Shown here: in pieces, positions 62,413-64,000 of the stretch
Position numbering within the stretch: position 1 is the stretch's first letter
Layout: every line of letters starts with the position of its first letter
From: Malacoraja senta
Lineage: Eukaryota
DNA length: 64,000 nt
Direction of reading: 5' to 3'
Assembly: GCA_038087875.1 (NCBI GenBank)
Contig: JAXLNO010000666.1
Coordinates: 62,001 to 126,000, forward strand
Program-made: the position numbers and the translations under genes
Notes under the pieces: generated by a model
Databases searched by the model: none
What the model saw: the letters and a program-made list of their open reading frames with translations, nothing else
Told to the model about the DNA's origin: nothing

Positions 62413-63041
62413 GAGTCATGACCTCCGTTTGTTGATTTATTATGTTGAAGACAGGATCCAGCTTGCATTTAAGTTGGATTCAATCAACTTAATTTTCTCA
62501 TTTGCTTCATTAATTTGTAAATCGAGGTTTGCAGATATTTTCTCCTTCATGGTAACCAGTTCTGCACGGACAAACAGCGATTTTATCTTCAAAATCTGAG
62601 AGGTCTTCTTTAAATTCCTTTTTAAAACCTCTCAGTATTTCTTTAATGTTCATTTCTTTTTAAAGTTTATCAATTCTTCTCTCATACTTGCAATTTCCTT
62701 CGTGATAAGGATGCGAAGTTCCTCCATTTCGCTTTTCTTTGTCTTTGGCTTCTGGACCTTTGAAACGTCCTCCTGGGACGACGTTGAAACTGAGCCCGAG
62801 GGTTCAGTCGGGCCTACTTCATCCACCGGAGTTTTAGCTTTTCCGGGTTTTTTAGCAGCTCCCTTTGTGGGGGAGTGTTTTACCGACATTATACTCCGGA
62901 GTCGCAGGTCTGATGACGTCACTCAGGCTGCCGGTGCGATTTCTGCAGGTCAGTCCGTTATTTTTCTCCCGTTTTTTCTCGGGTTTGCGTGGAGCTAGCT
63001 GGCACACACCTCTACTCCCCCATTAGCGCCACCGGAAGCTC

Positions 63042-63296
63042 TTACTTTAGACTTTAGAGATACAGTGGAAGTAGGCCCTTTGGCCCACTGAGTCCATGCT
63101 GACCAGCGATCACCCCGTACACTAGTACTATCCTACACATTAGGGACAATTTAAAGATGACAATTAACTTTGGAGTGTGGGAGGAAACTGGAGCACCCGG
63201 AGACAACCAATGCGGTCACAAGGAGAAGTACAAACTCCGTACAAACAGCGCCTGTAATCAGGATCATACCCGGGTACCAGGTGTTGTAAGGCAGCA
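63042..63296 (-). mobile_element. V-SINE whose tail received the L1 insertion
   Basis: Reverse-complement V core ggaggaaactggagcacccggag; (CTTTAGA)n tail. Confidence 0.75.
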
Positions 63297-63865
63297 GGTT
63301 TTGTAAACCTGCATCTGCAGTTCCTTGTATCCACATGGTGTTTAAAAATTGCACATTGTTACAAAAATTCAAACTACGTCAGAGCACTATTTATGGAGTT
63401 TGCACTATTAATCAAGATTTAGTTTTGGAGTTTTGCAGATTCTAATTTGACTTTAAATGTGGGAGAATATTCATCATATTTTTATAAAGCCATAAATTTA
63501 ATTGGGCTGAAATATAATTTTCACTAGGGCGCATTTGCTGGCAGTTTAGGGAAGAGGAACAATGCTGAGATTTAGGAGGTTGTGCCAAGGTTTTTAAGGC
63601 ATCTTTGCAATGTTTCTGCAACCTTGCTCAATCCCCTGAATGCAAGCTGAATACAGAGTTGTATACAGAGCTGTATGTAAGCTGTATACAAGAACAAAGG
63701 GTGACCTGGTGTGTGGGAACAGCCATGAGGTGGGTGGGTAATTGGGAACAAAGGACCTGGCGTCAGATACTTTGTAACTTTGTGCCCTTCATGTGGCGTC
63801 TATTTGCATACCTTGGGTGTGCAAAACAAAGAATATCAGACTTGTCACATGTGACAATAAAATAT

Positions 63866-64000
63866 CATTCATTCATTCATTCATTCCCTCATTTATTCAT
63901 TCATTGCCTCATTCATTCATTCATTCAGTCATTCATTCATTCATTCATTCATTCATTCAATCATTCATTCATTCATTCATTCATTCATTCATTGCCTCAT
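63866..64000 (+). repeat. (TTCA)n microsatellite, probably a LINE tail
   Basis: Follows gtgacaataaa; direct reading of the sequence. Confidence 0.9.

Larger units (their letters stand above)
55677..63041 (-). mobile_element. Full-length but degraded L1, related to the L1 at 13866
   Basis: TSD ttactttagacttta at 55662-55676 and 63042-63056; same 5' motif cttccggtggcgct; ORF1 pieces 61691-62922; ORF2 pieces 56026-59766. Confidence 0.92.

Overview
Repeat-dense vertebrate genomic DNA, probably from a cartilaginous fish such as a skate or ray (inferred from HE1-like V-SINEs and HER1/CR1-type LINEs). The only host gene is an SLC22A4/5-like (OCTN carnitine/organic cation transporter) gene on the + strand. 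Coding exons 1-5 lie at 26525-26911, 28775-28878, 45291-45444, 48908-49075 and 53940-54066, and the rest of the gene probably lies beyond the window. Exons 3 and 4 carry small frameshifting indels, reflecting either a pseudogene or local consensus error. Most of the remaining sequence is transposable elements: an esterase-ORF1 LINE (RTEX-like), two full-length L1s with TSDs, Rex1/Babar and CR1 LINEs, three Gypsy LTR elements and a solo LTR, Penelope elements, a CGGBP1-related hAT holding ~14 kb of nested retroelements, MITEs, Helitron-like elements and V-SINEs. Two observations stand out. First, more than 12 short Penelope-derived units carry a minimal hammerhead-ribozyme core (CTGAnGA..GGG-loop-CCC..GAAACGTH), and one 95-nt unit has its own TSD. 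Second, a deleted Gypsy element has an extended PBS comprising ~40 nt of mature tRNA-Leu (with CCA) fused directly to the RT gene. All calls are by eye; no searches were run.
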